From Asterionella formosa (taxonomy: Eukaryota): a stretch of 34,817 bases of DNA. Positions 19,624 through 31,016 of this stretch are shown here, in pieces. Within the stretch, counting starts at the first letter, position 1, and each line of letters begins with the position of its first letter. The notes beneath the pieces are model-generated. The model made no database searches, was not told the DNA's origin, and saw nothing but the letters and a program-made list of their open reading frames with translations. The position numbers and the translations under genes are program-made. Location: positions 62,001 to 96,817 of the forward strand of contig NKIB01009877.1 in the NCBI GenBank assembly GCA_002256025.1, in the 5' to 3' direction.

Positions 19624-21573
19624 CTATACATGAGCATCACTTGGTAGTCCAGATGTTTTCGGGAAGGCAAGGCGCCACTTGTCGGCCTCGTAAATTTGAG
19701 GGATCTCCGCACAAAACAATTCAAAATCTTTTATCGTGACTTTTCCGTTTCGCGTAACATCAGCGAAAGAATGAATGAACTTGGCCAGTGATTTTTCCGA
19801 ATCATCAACAGATAGTCCCACAATGTCTCGTAGAGCGTTGTGGATCTCGTCAACTGAGATCATGCCGTCATGGTCCAAGTCAAGAGCCTCAAACCGTGCT
19901 TCTGAATTGCAGGAGCTACAATCTTGGTCGACGGCACATTCTTCTACGCTTCCCATTTTGGGCGCAACTGCTTCCCAAATTTTCCTCCAAAGGTTTCTGC
20001 TAAAATATCCCATGAGCTCAGAATGGATGTTGACGTAAGCTCCCTTGGGTGGTAGATTTTGGGGGTGGGATGAGAAAAACTCTGTTAGTGTTTTTGATTG
20101 GCCATTGGTGAGGTCCTCAACTTTTGTAGCAACGCGATAAATGCGTTTTCGATCTATTCGTGTACCAGCAACATGAGTAACAACGGGAGGGCCGCCTGGA
20201 GGGAACATTTCCATGATATCTTGATCATATTGCATCCATCCTGGGATAGGAGGGCCTGAGTGAGTTTCCGATATTGCATCCGCCAACACCCAACCAGGCA
20301 TCAAAACGACACCAACTACTTCGTTTGACTTCACCTCCGCTTCGAGGGCTTCGAGAGAAAAGAATGATCCATCGGGGTAATCTGTTCCTCCACGAATGTT
20401 CCCACCCATGATGATGACAGCGTCCACCGTGAGTGCCCTTTGTCTTCCTCTCTTCACATTCAGAGAGCTTTTCAGTAACGAGCAAATAAACGTGCCCATG
20501 GTACAGACCTTGCCGCGACTGCCTTCCGACGAGAGAGGCTCAAACGATTTTGGAACTCGGGCCAGTTCTGTGTTACGTAGCGGAGCAAGAGCATCGTATG
20601 CTCTAATATTTTCATCCAATAAATCATGGTCTGGATCCCATTGGTCGCATTTGACAAAGGTCGCCCGAATATTTGGCTTGTTACCATCCGCTTCACAATT
20701 TTCCCAAGAAAGGTCAAGCATTGTGGCATAAACAGCGTCCAGTCCAGGCTTGAGCAATCGAGTTCCGTCCACAATTTCATCGACACGATGATGATCATGA
20801 CCAGATAAAACCACCGGGAAGTCAAACATAGAGCAAGTTTTTTGATCATCTGGAACGTACGTGTGTTGGAGGGGCAAGATTGTATCACAATTGTAAGGAG
20901 GGGCCATTAATTTCTCCTTGTATTCCTTCAGGCATTCCCAAGGATCTCTAATGGTCGCTCCACCAAACGCTCCTGGCGCTTGAAATTGCGAATACAGGTT
21001 CTTGTCGTCAGATAGGACTGCTACCAACCCAATCCTTCGAATATTCGTGCCATCGGGCGATTTGACTTCGATAACCTCGAATGGTACTTGATGATCCATC
21101 GCTTCGTGATCTTGCATGTTGGAGTTAATCCAGGTGCCAGGAAAGTTTCGCACGTGGTTGCAGACTGTGCGATGGTCAACATCAGCCTCGTGGTTTCCCC
21201 ATGTGAGATAGTCAATGGGTGTCTTGGCAAGTGCGTTCATCATCCCAGCCCCCCGATCGACACTCGAAAGGAGGTATGGCGCGAGAAAGTCTCCGGTCAA
21301 GACAGAAACAACTTTCCCTTCTCCGCTCTTGGATCTAGTTTCTTTGAGAAGTGTTCTCAAGGAGGCAAAGTTGGCCAGTGTGTAGACGTCGGTGACTTGC
21401 ACAACTGTCAAGCGGGCTTCCGAGGGTTTGGGGGGCCTTGGATCGAAACCTTCATAGAAGGATGCTTGAGATAGCTTGTCGGGATTAGATGGAGGACGTC
21501 CACCGCTTCCTGAGCCTACGAGCCCAGATGACATGGTGATACTAGAGACAAAGATCCAACCTGGCGAGCGCAT
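19624..21573 (-). CDS. 5'-nucleotidase-like calcineurin-type metallophosphoesterase with C-terminal EF-hands, up to 649 aa
   Basis: Metallophosphoesterase motifs TDVY, GDFL, GNHE, QHT and SGHDH; 5'-nucleotidase C-domain-like GGNIRGG; EF-hand loops DLDHDGMISVDE and DVTRNGKVTIKD. An alternative start lies at 21534. Confidence 0.87.
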   Translation of the reverse strand: MRSPGWIFVSSITMSSGLVGSGSGGRPPSNPDKLSQASFYEGFDPRPPKPSEARLTVVQVTDVYTLANFASLRTLLKETRSKSGEGKVVSVLTGDFLAPYLLSSVDRGAGMMNALAKTPIDYLTWGNHEADVDHRTVCNHVRNFPGTWINSNMQDHEAMDHQVPFEVIEVKSPDGTNIRRIGLVAVLSDDKNLYSQFQAPGAFGGATIRDPWECLKEYKEKLMAPPYNCDTILPLQHTYVPDDQKTCSMFDFPVVLSGHDHHRVDEIVDGTRLLKPGLDAVYATMLDLSWENCEADGNKPNIRATFVKCDQWDPDHDLLDENIRAYDALAPLRNTELARVPKSFEPLSSEGSRGKVCTMGTFICSLLKSSLNVKRGRQRALTVDAVIIMGGNIRGGTDYPDGSFFSLEALEAEVKSNEVVGVVLMPGWVLADAISETHSGPPIPGWMQYDQDIMEMFPPGGPPVVTHVAGTRIDRKRIYRVATKVEDLTNGQSKTLTEFFSSHPQNLPPKGAYVNIHSELMGYFSRNLWRKIWEAVAPKMGSVEECAVDQDCSSCNSEARFEALDLDHDGMISVDEIHNALRDIVGLSVDDSEKSLAKFIHSFADVTRNGKVTIKDFELFCAEIPQIYEADKWRLAFPKTSGLPSDAHV

Positions 21574-21746
21574 TATCGGTATGGCAGTATTTACTATGTT
21601 CTCTAGTCCTTTTTGTTCTCATTGTGAGTATGGTACCCTGGCAGGAAATAGCATGCGGAAGACTTTGTTCCACACTGACACTACCAGTATTACGGTATTA
21701 CCGGCACATGTATGAACACATGTAAACCATCAGCTACACTCTATGC

Positions 21747-21780
21747 TACCAGGTACCTGGTACCAGTGTACTGGTACCGG
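21747..21780. repeat. (GGTACC-W)n cluster upstream of the nucleotidase-like gene; another at 22283-22298
   Basis: taccaggtacctggtaccagtgtactggtaccgg. Confidence 0.8.
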
Positions 21781-23436
21781 CAGTACATCATCGATTTATG
21801 CCAGTGCGTACAACCAGTATCGGTGTCATGATAATAATGTCAAATACGTTTTGCTCCCAGGGAGAACCGGATACGACTACAGTACCGGTACGATTTTCCA
21901 GGCAAGGACAACAGCCTGCTGTAGTAAATGCCAGGCCATGCTTAGAGCCTTACCACGTCGTGCCTAAAGCAAATACAAAGATTGACTCAAACGGATATCG
22001 TCTCTGTTATGTAGCGTAGAATCTTTGTGCTAGACTGCATACGGCATGCTCTTCCTTCCTTAAACGGCTAAATAACTCGCAAATCCCCCCGAATAGACAG
22101 CACAAAGAATAATCTCGTTCGCCCGAAGATTTTGAGGGTGACCCCCGATAAATTGACTACCGGTAAATCTCGTATCCGTATCTATTCATAGAATCATAAT
22201 CTTCGGGCAAAAGAAAATTGTCTCCACCAATCAGATGTTTTAATAGTATAAAAATGATACCTGGATCTATTATGTACGGGTCCCAGGTACCTGGTACCAC
22301 GTGAAGAATATAGCATCAATGGCTATTTTTAGTCACGAGAATTGTTGAGTCGATTATAGTCCGAAGAATCATATGGTGCATTTCCATGTCAAGAAGCTTG
22401 CTAACGAAATTGATGTTTAAGATCAATCAGAAGAAGGTTTGCATCAGCGAAAAGGGAACACGAAGAACAGGTTCTCAAAGTGTGATGAATAGGATTGAAA
22501 CTAGGTGTTAGTTTAGGCTTAGTATAATTAACAAAGAGTGAGGATTGACAGAGTAACAAGGTCAATAGCAAAACTGGCATGAAGGCTATTCATAGCAGCA
22601 AATTATAACAGTACTAGTAGTACAACAGGTAAGACTCATGTAAGAGAATACGCGTCAGACGGGAAGGATTACATGACCTTTTAGCATTTCCATTCATCAT
22701 CATATGCTGCTGGCAACAATATACTTAGCTATACTTCCATTTCTAGTAGCTAGTAGTATTATCATTATTATCATTAGCTATTATTAATTATAATTGCAAC
22801 ATGAGTTCTCTGTGGACGTTGTTGTTAATGTTCCAGGAGCAATATCAACAATGTGTCCTGTCATGGAAACACCAGTGGTTGTCATTGCAACTACCAGCAG
22901 GCAGCCTTGCCAGGCAGCTTCTAGGAGAAGCTTCATTTTCCAACACACGATTACACTCATGACACTTTTGTCAGTAATTACAGAGGAATTCATTATACTT
23001 GTACTCTCAACATCATAACCTTGTAAGGAAGGTAAATTATCAGAGGTAACAATTCAATACAGCAGCATGATATCTGTCTTCAGGGAGTATGTGTTGGGAA
23101 CCTCTCATAAAAGATAGTATGTTTTATAGGCCATTCGTACTCCCCTATTTCTAGGCAAGTATTTCATTGTGCTACCTGCTGACAAGATTGCTCAAATTGA
23201 TTTGGTGAATGTCGATTTCACGTGTCTGCACAAGCCTCATTGATTGAACCAATAACGCTTCAGCCACATGATTCTGTTTGAATTTCTGTGTCTGCCCGTC
23301 AGCCGCCTACTGGTACATGAATCATTACCCACATTACCAGTACCAGGTACCGCAACCACTTGCTGGTAATTGGTAGGAGTGTATCATGTATGATCATGAG
23401 CGATTGGAGCGAATGATGGGGCAAGGAGCAATCGGT

Positions 23437-23484
23437 GGTACCAGGTACCAGGTACCTGTTAGTACAAAACGGTACCTGGTACCT
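23437..23484. repeat. (GGTACC-W)n clusters upstream of the SAP-domain gene; another at 23335-23351
   Basis: ggtaccaggtaccaggtacctg ... ggtacctggtacct. Confidence 0.85.
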
Positions 23485-23625
23485 GTAACGAAATTGGAAC
23501 CATCAAAGAACACATCAGACCATCTGCAACCATCATACACCCGTCCGGCAATCATTTTGTCGCCACTTGAGCGTAACTGAAACAACACACTGCAATCATA
23601 CTTGGCTGACATCAAACATCCTCCA

Positions 23626-25585
23626 ATGAAGAAATACTGCCAGTCGTCTGTTTTGGTTGCCATGCTGCTGTCGCCTTGTATCCAGAGTTTCAGCGTCCCT
23701 GTCTTTGCGAGGAGACCTTCCACGTATCGACCGGCAACACATCGCCATGTGGTTGCCGATGACGATGTGATGGACGACAAGACGCTTCTACAGAATGTGG
23801 AGGAGTCTCAGTTACAGGATCTGTGTCGACAGTGCAATCTGGAAGCTACAGGAAGCAAGGCGGATATGTTGCAACGGCTTCGTTCGTTCGCTTCGGAACA
23901 GGCGGAAACGGAGCGACAGCGGAAAATCGATCGCGTCACTCGAGTCGAAGATGGAGACGACGGTAATAAGCAAAAATACGAAATTTTGAGTGAAGAGCCA
24001 GACGAAGACGACGACGGCTCGGACGATGAAGGATATTTTTTCTTTGCGCTTCCGAAGTCGAACAATGGCGATGATGTATCCTCATCCTCCTCGAAGATGA
24101 AGGCTCGCCAAGAATTGAATCGGCAAGAAAGTGGAACCAACTTACCAAAGCCAGCATATTTGAATAGGTCTACGATCACGGCTCCTCCTTTACCGGATAG
24201 TGAACCGGATGAAAATGGAGAACGCGTGGTAACCGTGTACAGTACTCAGGATCAAAATGATCTGACTGGAGTTGCTGCTGCCCAACCGAATGCTGCACAT
24301 TATTCCAATGATGCAATGATGAACGGACCAGGCAATGCTCCGCAGCCATGGGAAGTTCCAACAAAGTCATCTGCTTCCGATAAAGAGTTGAAACGGGCCA
24401 AGGAAAGGGTCGAGGAACTTGTTCATTCACTATTGGCAATGACAGGCGCTCCAGCGTTTCAAGAAGAATTCAGCGAAGGCATGCAAATGTATTCTGAAAA
24501 GAGAGAGAGCTCACGCTCCGCGTCTCCACAAGAATTCGTAGGCTTTGATCCTTCAAAATTTCAAGCTGATGTCCTTGTGAGCTCAAGTCGGGCATTGCGT
24601 GCAGGGCGAGGCCAAGTTCTCGATGAAGTCTTGAGAGACTACGAACTTAGGGCGGTAGGTCACGATGGCATGGCAGGAGATAATATCGAAAAAGGGGGCG
24701 GACACTTTCGCGAGGTCAGCAAAGTTAGAGCTTTCCTCGAGGGCTATCGCAAGGCGGAAGTTAAACGAGTGGCAAGAGAGACTACGACTATGCTGCTTGA
24801 TAAATTGGCAAGTGAAGGCGTTCAAGGTCTTGATTTTATGCTGGCTTCCATGGAAAAAACAAGTGATGACACTGGAGAAGCCGGTGAACTAAATGCTGCC
24901 CTGGTGGATTACTTAGGAGACGCCATCCGACAGCAAGAGAAAAAGGTATTCAAGGCACTCAAGGAGGACCAGGCTCCTATTCCAGAAGTTGATGTGACCG
25001 CAAGGCTTTGGAATGTCACAGAAGAAGATGGGCAGCGAATCGAAACGCTTGATCCATCCGATCCCGAAGTTAAACGTACGATGGAGGCAGAGTTCCTGAA
25101 ATCGCAAGCTGGGCCGATGGCAAAAAATATCAGAACCAAGTCTGCTCCCGAGCAGCTGCTAATTCTACTCAAATTGCTCCGTGACCGAATTAAGGCAGAA
25201 GCTGCTTTTGCGAACGATGAGAAGGGTCGTAATTTGCGCATACTTGCCTATTGTCTGAACTTTGAGTCTGACAATGATAGGAAAAATCTCCTATTGAAAG
25301 AAATGAAGAATTCGATGGAGGTGAGTCATTGTTGATACTTACTTCTTCTAGCTTTCACTGTGACAGGTTCTAACATTAATTTGGCTAATATCGGTTCCGC
25401 TGTAGCGAATTGAATCGTTTGCTGAAATGGTTTCTAGTTCCATTGAATACGCAGAAAGTACATCTCATCAGCTCCAGCCAAGTAAGAGTTCAAAGCCACT
25501 AAATGTCTCCCTTCTTAAACGGATCTACAACATGGCGAAAGAAATTCGGGACGACCAAGCCTATCAGGCTTCGGGGGTAGCATAG
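23626..25585 (+). CDS. SAP-domain protein with predicted plastid presequence; exons 23626-25320 and 25406-25585; 624 aa
   Basis: ATG at 23626 and a signal-like leader ending CIQS-FSVP, followed by an R/S/T-rich transit region. SAP motif LQDLCRQCNLEATGSKADMLQRL, then an acidic tract. An 85-nt GTGAGT..GTAG intron gives an open 60-codon second exon ending in TAG at 25585. Confidence 0.82.
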
Positions 25586-25883
25586 AAATAAGTATATAAC
25601 ATGGAGAAGAATAATTTCAGATTTATTGAATCGTACATCAAAATCAAATGCGAAATTGTTCGAGCCAAGCAAGAAGATTTCGTCCTACACAACAACACAA
25701 ACACAGTAACACCCGCAATATATGAATCATGACGCCATGGACGCATAAATGAGTTTCAAACCCAAGCTCTGCAATTCATCGCTGTCTCCCAACAGCTTCG
25801 CACGGCATCGGTAATATCCCAACCAGTGAAGCGATCCCCAGCTGCGTCGCGTCCCCTAACTTCTGTCCTAAAATAACATATTC

Positions 25884-26333
25884 TTAAGGTTGGGCTGATG
25901 TGACACGGGCAACAATGGTGCCATCTTTGGAAGGGGTGCGTCCCTTGACGATAGCACCAACAGCAACCTTACTATCCACATGCTGCGTGGGGTTTTCCTT
26001 GACCGGGCGAGTCAAAACCATAAGCAATGTACCCGTGTTGTACTTCATACCCCCCTTGACAGAATCATGAATAATGTTCATCAAATCGATCCACTCTTTT
26101 TCATCTTCCTTCTCCATTCGCGAGTAGCCCTTGTTGGCAATGTAGTTGAATGCCTCCTCGAAAAAGTCGAAGTACACTCGGTTGCCTTGCTCCTCGCGAA
26201 CCAAGAAATCACCCTTTTCGAAACCAGCGCTAATAGTGGCAATGTTTTGGGGGGGCTTGCCTGGCGCTACTTCCTTTGCAGTTTCGAACGGAGATGCTGA
26301 GGGAGCCGTGATTTCGGGGATGCCAGAGCTCAT
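25884..26333 (-). CDS. Hypothetical protein, 149 aa
   Basis: ATG-initiated ORF with gene-like GC and codon usage, convergent with the SAP gene. No family recognised. Confidence 0.65.
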   Translation of the reverse strand: MSSGIPEITAPSASPFETAKEVAPGKPPQNIATISAGFEKGDFLVREEQGNRVYFDFFEEAFNYIANKGYSRMEKEDEKEWIDLMNIIHDSVKGGMKYNTGTLLMVLTRPVKENPTQHVDSKVAVGAIVKGRTPSKDGTIVARVTSAQP

Positions 26334-26580
26334 GATGGATTGCGTACTTCTGTTTCTTGTTTGGCTTTCAATACGACTACCAGTAGACTATCGCTCGATT
26401 AATTACTACTACAAATAATAATAATGAATGAATGATTGATTACCGGTAAGAACAACGGGAATTGTGTTTCCTCTTGCTGCTTTTTTCAATACTACTGGTA
26501 CCTGTAGTACATATTCCGGAATCATATTTCATTGGAACGACCGAAACGCAGTCGATGAGATGGTATGGCAGACTACTTAC

Positions 26581-26756
26581 TACCTGTACCCTGGTATTTG
26601 GTTCCAGGTACCAGGTACCAGGTACCTGGTACAGGTAGTCTACCCTGATACAACAGGGGCTAGGTATGACTGTTGACCGGTGTTTGAAAAATCCATTATA
26701 CCTAAGATACCGGTATGCCAGTATCTGGTACCTGGTACCAGGCACCAGGTACCGGT
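26581..26756. repeat. (GGTACC-W)n clusters upstream of the 149-aa hypothetical gene
   Basis: ccaggtaccaggtaccaggtacctggtacaggta at about 26604-26637 and ctggtacctggtaccaggcaccaggtaccggt at 26725-26756. Confidence 0.85.
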
Positions 26757-26947
26757 TTCGTTTTGGGTTCTGACGGGCAAGAAATCGGAATACGTAAACT
26801 ATAGTATACCGGTAGTCATTTTTTCGTTGGAATTCATGGGAATTCACATGCATTGTCTTCAATCCTCACGCTTGTACACAAGGGACAAAAGTATAGAGCA
26901 GTACGGTAATTTGTACTACTAGACTGGTAGAAATTGCCTTTAGATGA

Positions 26948-27620
26948 TGTCAGAATCGGATATTTGGTTTTGAATCAAATATACCGCCATCATTACCTGT
27001 ACCACCATCACTTCCGGTATGTAAAGCCATCGAGAAGTCTATCTACCTTGATCATAGAAGATGCCATTTTGCAGCGTGACATATATGATAACGAGGCAAT
27101 ATGGTAGATTCACCATTACTTTAGAGGCACTACGTTCATAGCTTGAGGGGTGGTCAGGTACACATAGTACATTGGCATGTAGCTCCTACGGGCAAGCGAT
27201 GAAAGTAGTGGTTCCAACTACTGTAATATACTCACTGCCTGATCAAGGACGGGGTCACACAAAACCTCGTGGGGAGTAATTCCCCTTTGTGTGATAGACT
27301 AGGACTACCTCCAGGTTTAGGTCTATCGGGTACGTAGCAATATGGAGGGACTGCATCTATACGTACGTTGTGATGTGGGTAGCAGGAGTCGTACGGCGAA
27401 TGCGATGCTGCAGGAGCATAATAAACCTGCACGGATCCATGCACCAACCGGGAGTAACGCACCCGGAGGGTACGGAAAGCTATTTTCCAGCAGCAATGGA
27501 CCACCAGACCCTTATGGAAGAGGCCTAGAGTAATCTAGATCCTGACTTATAATATATAGGTCACAATTTCTAATAAATACTTTAGGAATTAGTCGTCATT
27601 ACAAACCTTCCGCTTCTACA
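26948..27620 (+). mobile_element. Putative solo-LTR-like or non-autonomous element, about 670 bp
   Basis: TG..CA ends with an imperfect inverted repeat (tgtcagaatcgga versus the reverse complement of the end, tgtagaagcgga). TATA-like tataatatata at about 27548 and AATAAA at 27572. Both ends recur fused at 33646-33774. No clean TSD seen. Confidence 0.5.
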
Positions 27621-28815
27621 AGCTAGAACAACCTCACGAGTCTACTACATCCTGCCTCAGTGCAAGATCTGTTGACGCTACTATTCATCTATGACAAGTG
27701 GATATGAGCTCAACATTAGAAAGAGAATAAAAAAAGCATCCATTAGATTACAAGATCAATGACCATGTCTAATCCAGTAAATTTTTCCACCAACAATCAT
27801 TAAAAGGAAATTGGGGTTGGTTCTTGACTTCCTGGTACTTGCTCCATTATAATGTCATACCTAAATGCTATTACTATTATGCTTAGATAATGCTCGACGC
27901 TGCCTGTTGTACTTATAATACTATGTAAAGATGGACTTAGCTGCACAGCTTATGGACAGTACCTGGTACCGGTAATAGTCTACTAGCTAGAGTACTACTA
28001 CCAGGTAGTACTGGTACAGGTATGTTCTGCATCTCAACCTACCGGTATATTAAGCATGTTTGGTTTCATGTCTATACGTAGGACTGCCGGTAACACTTCA
28101 AATAATACTAATACATATACTGGAATATGATATAAATTTCACACATAGCTACATGAGTAAATTTGATTTCTACTGCGTCTGCAAATAAAAATTATTGTGC
28201 ATGTAGGATCAAGGGGTATCGTATGCTACTAAGAAGTGGCACATGATTTTCACATAGTACATGATAGTTTGTTGGATCAAAACTATGATCAATCTCTCCT
28301 ATAACTATGATGATTTTTTAATATTTTACCGAACTTGAAGTATGATGATAATAAGAACATTATTATCATACAAAGTATATCGACTGATCAACAACATTTC
28401 TTATCAATATCATAAACCTTTTCATTTCATTTTTACTTCTTGTGATCGCCAAATATAAATTGTTACGACAATGCATCCTAAAATTAGATAAACTCTATGC
28501 TATCATGTGAATTGCTTCATTGTATATCTATCTTAAACATGATCGTAATTCTAATCACAAGCCTTGTTCAAAATAGATTTAAATGTATTGTAATTTAACT
28601 ATCAAACTTAGCAATGCTATTTCTGTTTTACAGCTACCCAAGGAATGTTTCTCTCCTCTCCACTCATCTCAATGTATATTGTTCCTGTCTCACCCTTTTC
28701 TTCCTCTATTCTGAATCTTGTGACAGGCAGTGCTTAATGCCTTGTCTCTCTCCCTGCCGATAGTGTCATTCTGAACTCGCCCACTACTATTCAGTTGTTT
28801 GATTGGTTTTATTGT

Positions 28816-28955
28816 CCTATGCAGTTACAGTAACAATGGGAAGGAATGGCTAGTTAGCTAGTCATGTTACACTGACACAACAACACGCAATTCCATCGTA
28901 TCCTCTTGCTTCACTTAGCTACCACAAATCAAAGCAACTGATGCAAATGTCTGTA
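28816..28955 (+). repeat. About 140-bp dispersed direct repeat, copy 1
   Basis: cctatgcagttacag..gtcatgttaca..acacgcaattccatcgtatcctcttgcttcactta..gcaactgatgca..gtctgta also occurs at 34661-34799. Confidence 0.9.
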
Positions 28956-31016
28956 TTGTTTTGTTTTACATTAGTGCTCCCCAAAAAGCGAAATGAGCTA
29001 TGGAATCAACTGAGAAGGAAGTCAACGTTTAGTTTACTCTTTGTTGTTGTAGTCCCAATGATTGTCATCCATGTACCACATTGATAGATTCATTAGCTAG
29101 CTTAAACATTTTATCATATATATATATATACAGAGTATCAGTAGCAGGTACTAGGAAGTGATATAGTGGCACTCGGAGTAGTAATCGAGCAACAGAACAC
29201 CATACTATGTTTAGGACTGTTCTTACTGCAGCGGGACACTAAATCATCATAGTTTTAGGATTGTATGATCGTATAATTGAGAGCAAGATATGCTATTACT
29301 CAAACATGGTTCTGATTTTGTTTATGATAATGTAAATAGCACTGTTGGTCTTATGGTATCGTACCTAGACAGCGTAAAATATTATATGCAGTGGCTCATC
29401 ATTCATTTCATTGTAAAAACACCTGATTTTAAGATCATCGAACTTTTGAGAACGACAACGGTTACCTAGTACATTGTCTTCAGAAAAGAACCATAAAGAG
29501 ATTCATGGAAACAGGCGACATGTGGCAAATACTGCCGGTATGGAACAAAGAATCAAGTACCAAAATGAGTTTGCAAAGAAAAAGCGAATAGGCAATTATC
29601 CAAAGGAACCCAGTCGGCAACAGGGAGTTAGTGGTGGTAATACCCCATTGTCCATGGGGACACCATCAGCTACCGTAAAGCCTGGTGTCTCGTACCCCTC
29701 AATGTACACAGCCACGTCTGGTTTTACTTAGAGGGGAGTACAAGACATTGGACCTTTTTTGATAATTCAACACTGCGAGCAAACCAAATTCACCACCGTT
29801 TTCTCCGTAGTCTATAACGTAAATGTCAATATTAAAAGATATATTGTTGTAGGTTCAAACAGTTTCTATGATCAATAGAATTTCTATTTTTGGTGCACCA
29901 ATGCGCCCGAGTTTTGCGATGGCATCAACAGTAATTCCTAGAGTGTGTACACATTAGTACCTAATCCTACAACGGTATTAATTTGTGTAGACTCTACGAC
30001 TTGGATCGTGATGGATCTTTATATAAGCCAACCACATCACTTATATGACTATAGATTGCCCAACCACCGTGTGTCGAGGAATTTTTCGACGTTTTCCGCA
30101 ACTAAAAAAGACAACACGGAAAATCGCTTGTTGTTCAAAAAGCCGTACGCGAATTTCATTTGCTGGTCGTCCTGACCAGTTCCAATGGGCGCGCTTCTCA
30201 CCATCGATGGCAGGGCTTTTTTTGGAGTAATTCAATTGGGGAGATTGCAAAACAAGGTCTCATGGCTGGGTTGAGGAATCTGCCATTTCCATATTAACAA
30301 CGAGAATATAATTGAGTCATTTGAGTCAAAAGGACGCGGAACAACAAGCATGATTTTGCTTTGATATGGTGCATGTAATTATTTGATTATTAAATATGAA
30401 TTCTCTGTTTTCAGTCATCGGCTGTGCTTCCATCACTAAAGCGATTTTTTAATGCAAGAAGGCAGTTCCATTCAACTAAACACACATCAGTCAACAATGC
30501 ACAGGAAGGTTTATATTTGTTGCTGTGGGAGGATGCATTGTCTGGCTGCAAGAGCAATCAAGCCCATTCAGCTTGCTTATTGCCATGAGCACATGTGCTG
30601 TTGATCAAGCAACCTCGGCGACTTCAGCAGCTCAATGTGTGGGCATTTTTGGCATCATGGAGTCAGTTTGCTTGCACCTTCGCATCTTTGCTCTCCATTA
30701 GGGGTGAGCTTCCGCCCACTGTTGCTTGCATTTTTCTCTTGTTGTTACCACTGGTTCCCCATGTATGATGATTCAACAAACCCGAACTCTTATGCCATTT
30801 CAATGGCCTCGACTTCCCTGCAATGTTTTCTTTCCTTTTGGAACATTTGCATTTACAGTAGGACTGCTGAGATACAGTCGTCTTTCCACTGTGCTTTGAA
30901 ACAAGGACAAGGAAAAAATGTGGGACCATAGAACAAAGAAAGAGTTAAATCGAAAATTCACTAAAACAACATTTTAGTTCAAATGGAGTACACTACCTCA
31001 CGAGAATTTGTCATTG

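Noticed and set aside
26440..26922. Short ORFs containing YQVPGT / YLVPGT peptides (also near 968, 7165, 17098, 21743, 23386)
   Set aside because: These are translations of the stop-free GGTACC-W repeat, not a protein family.
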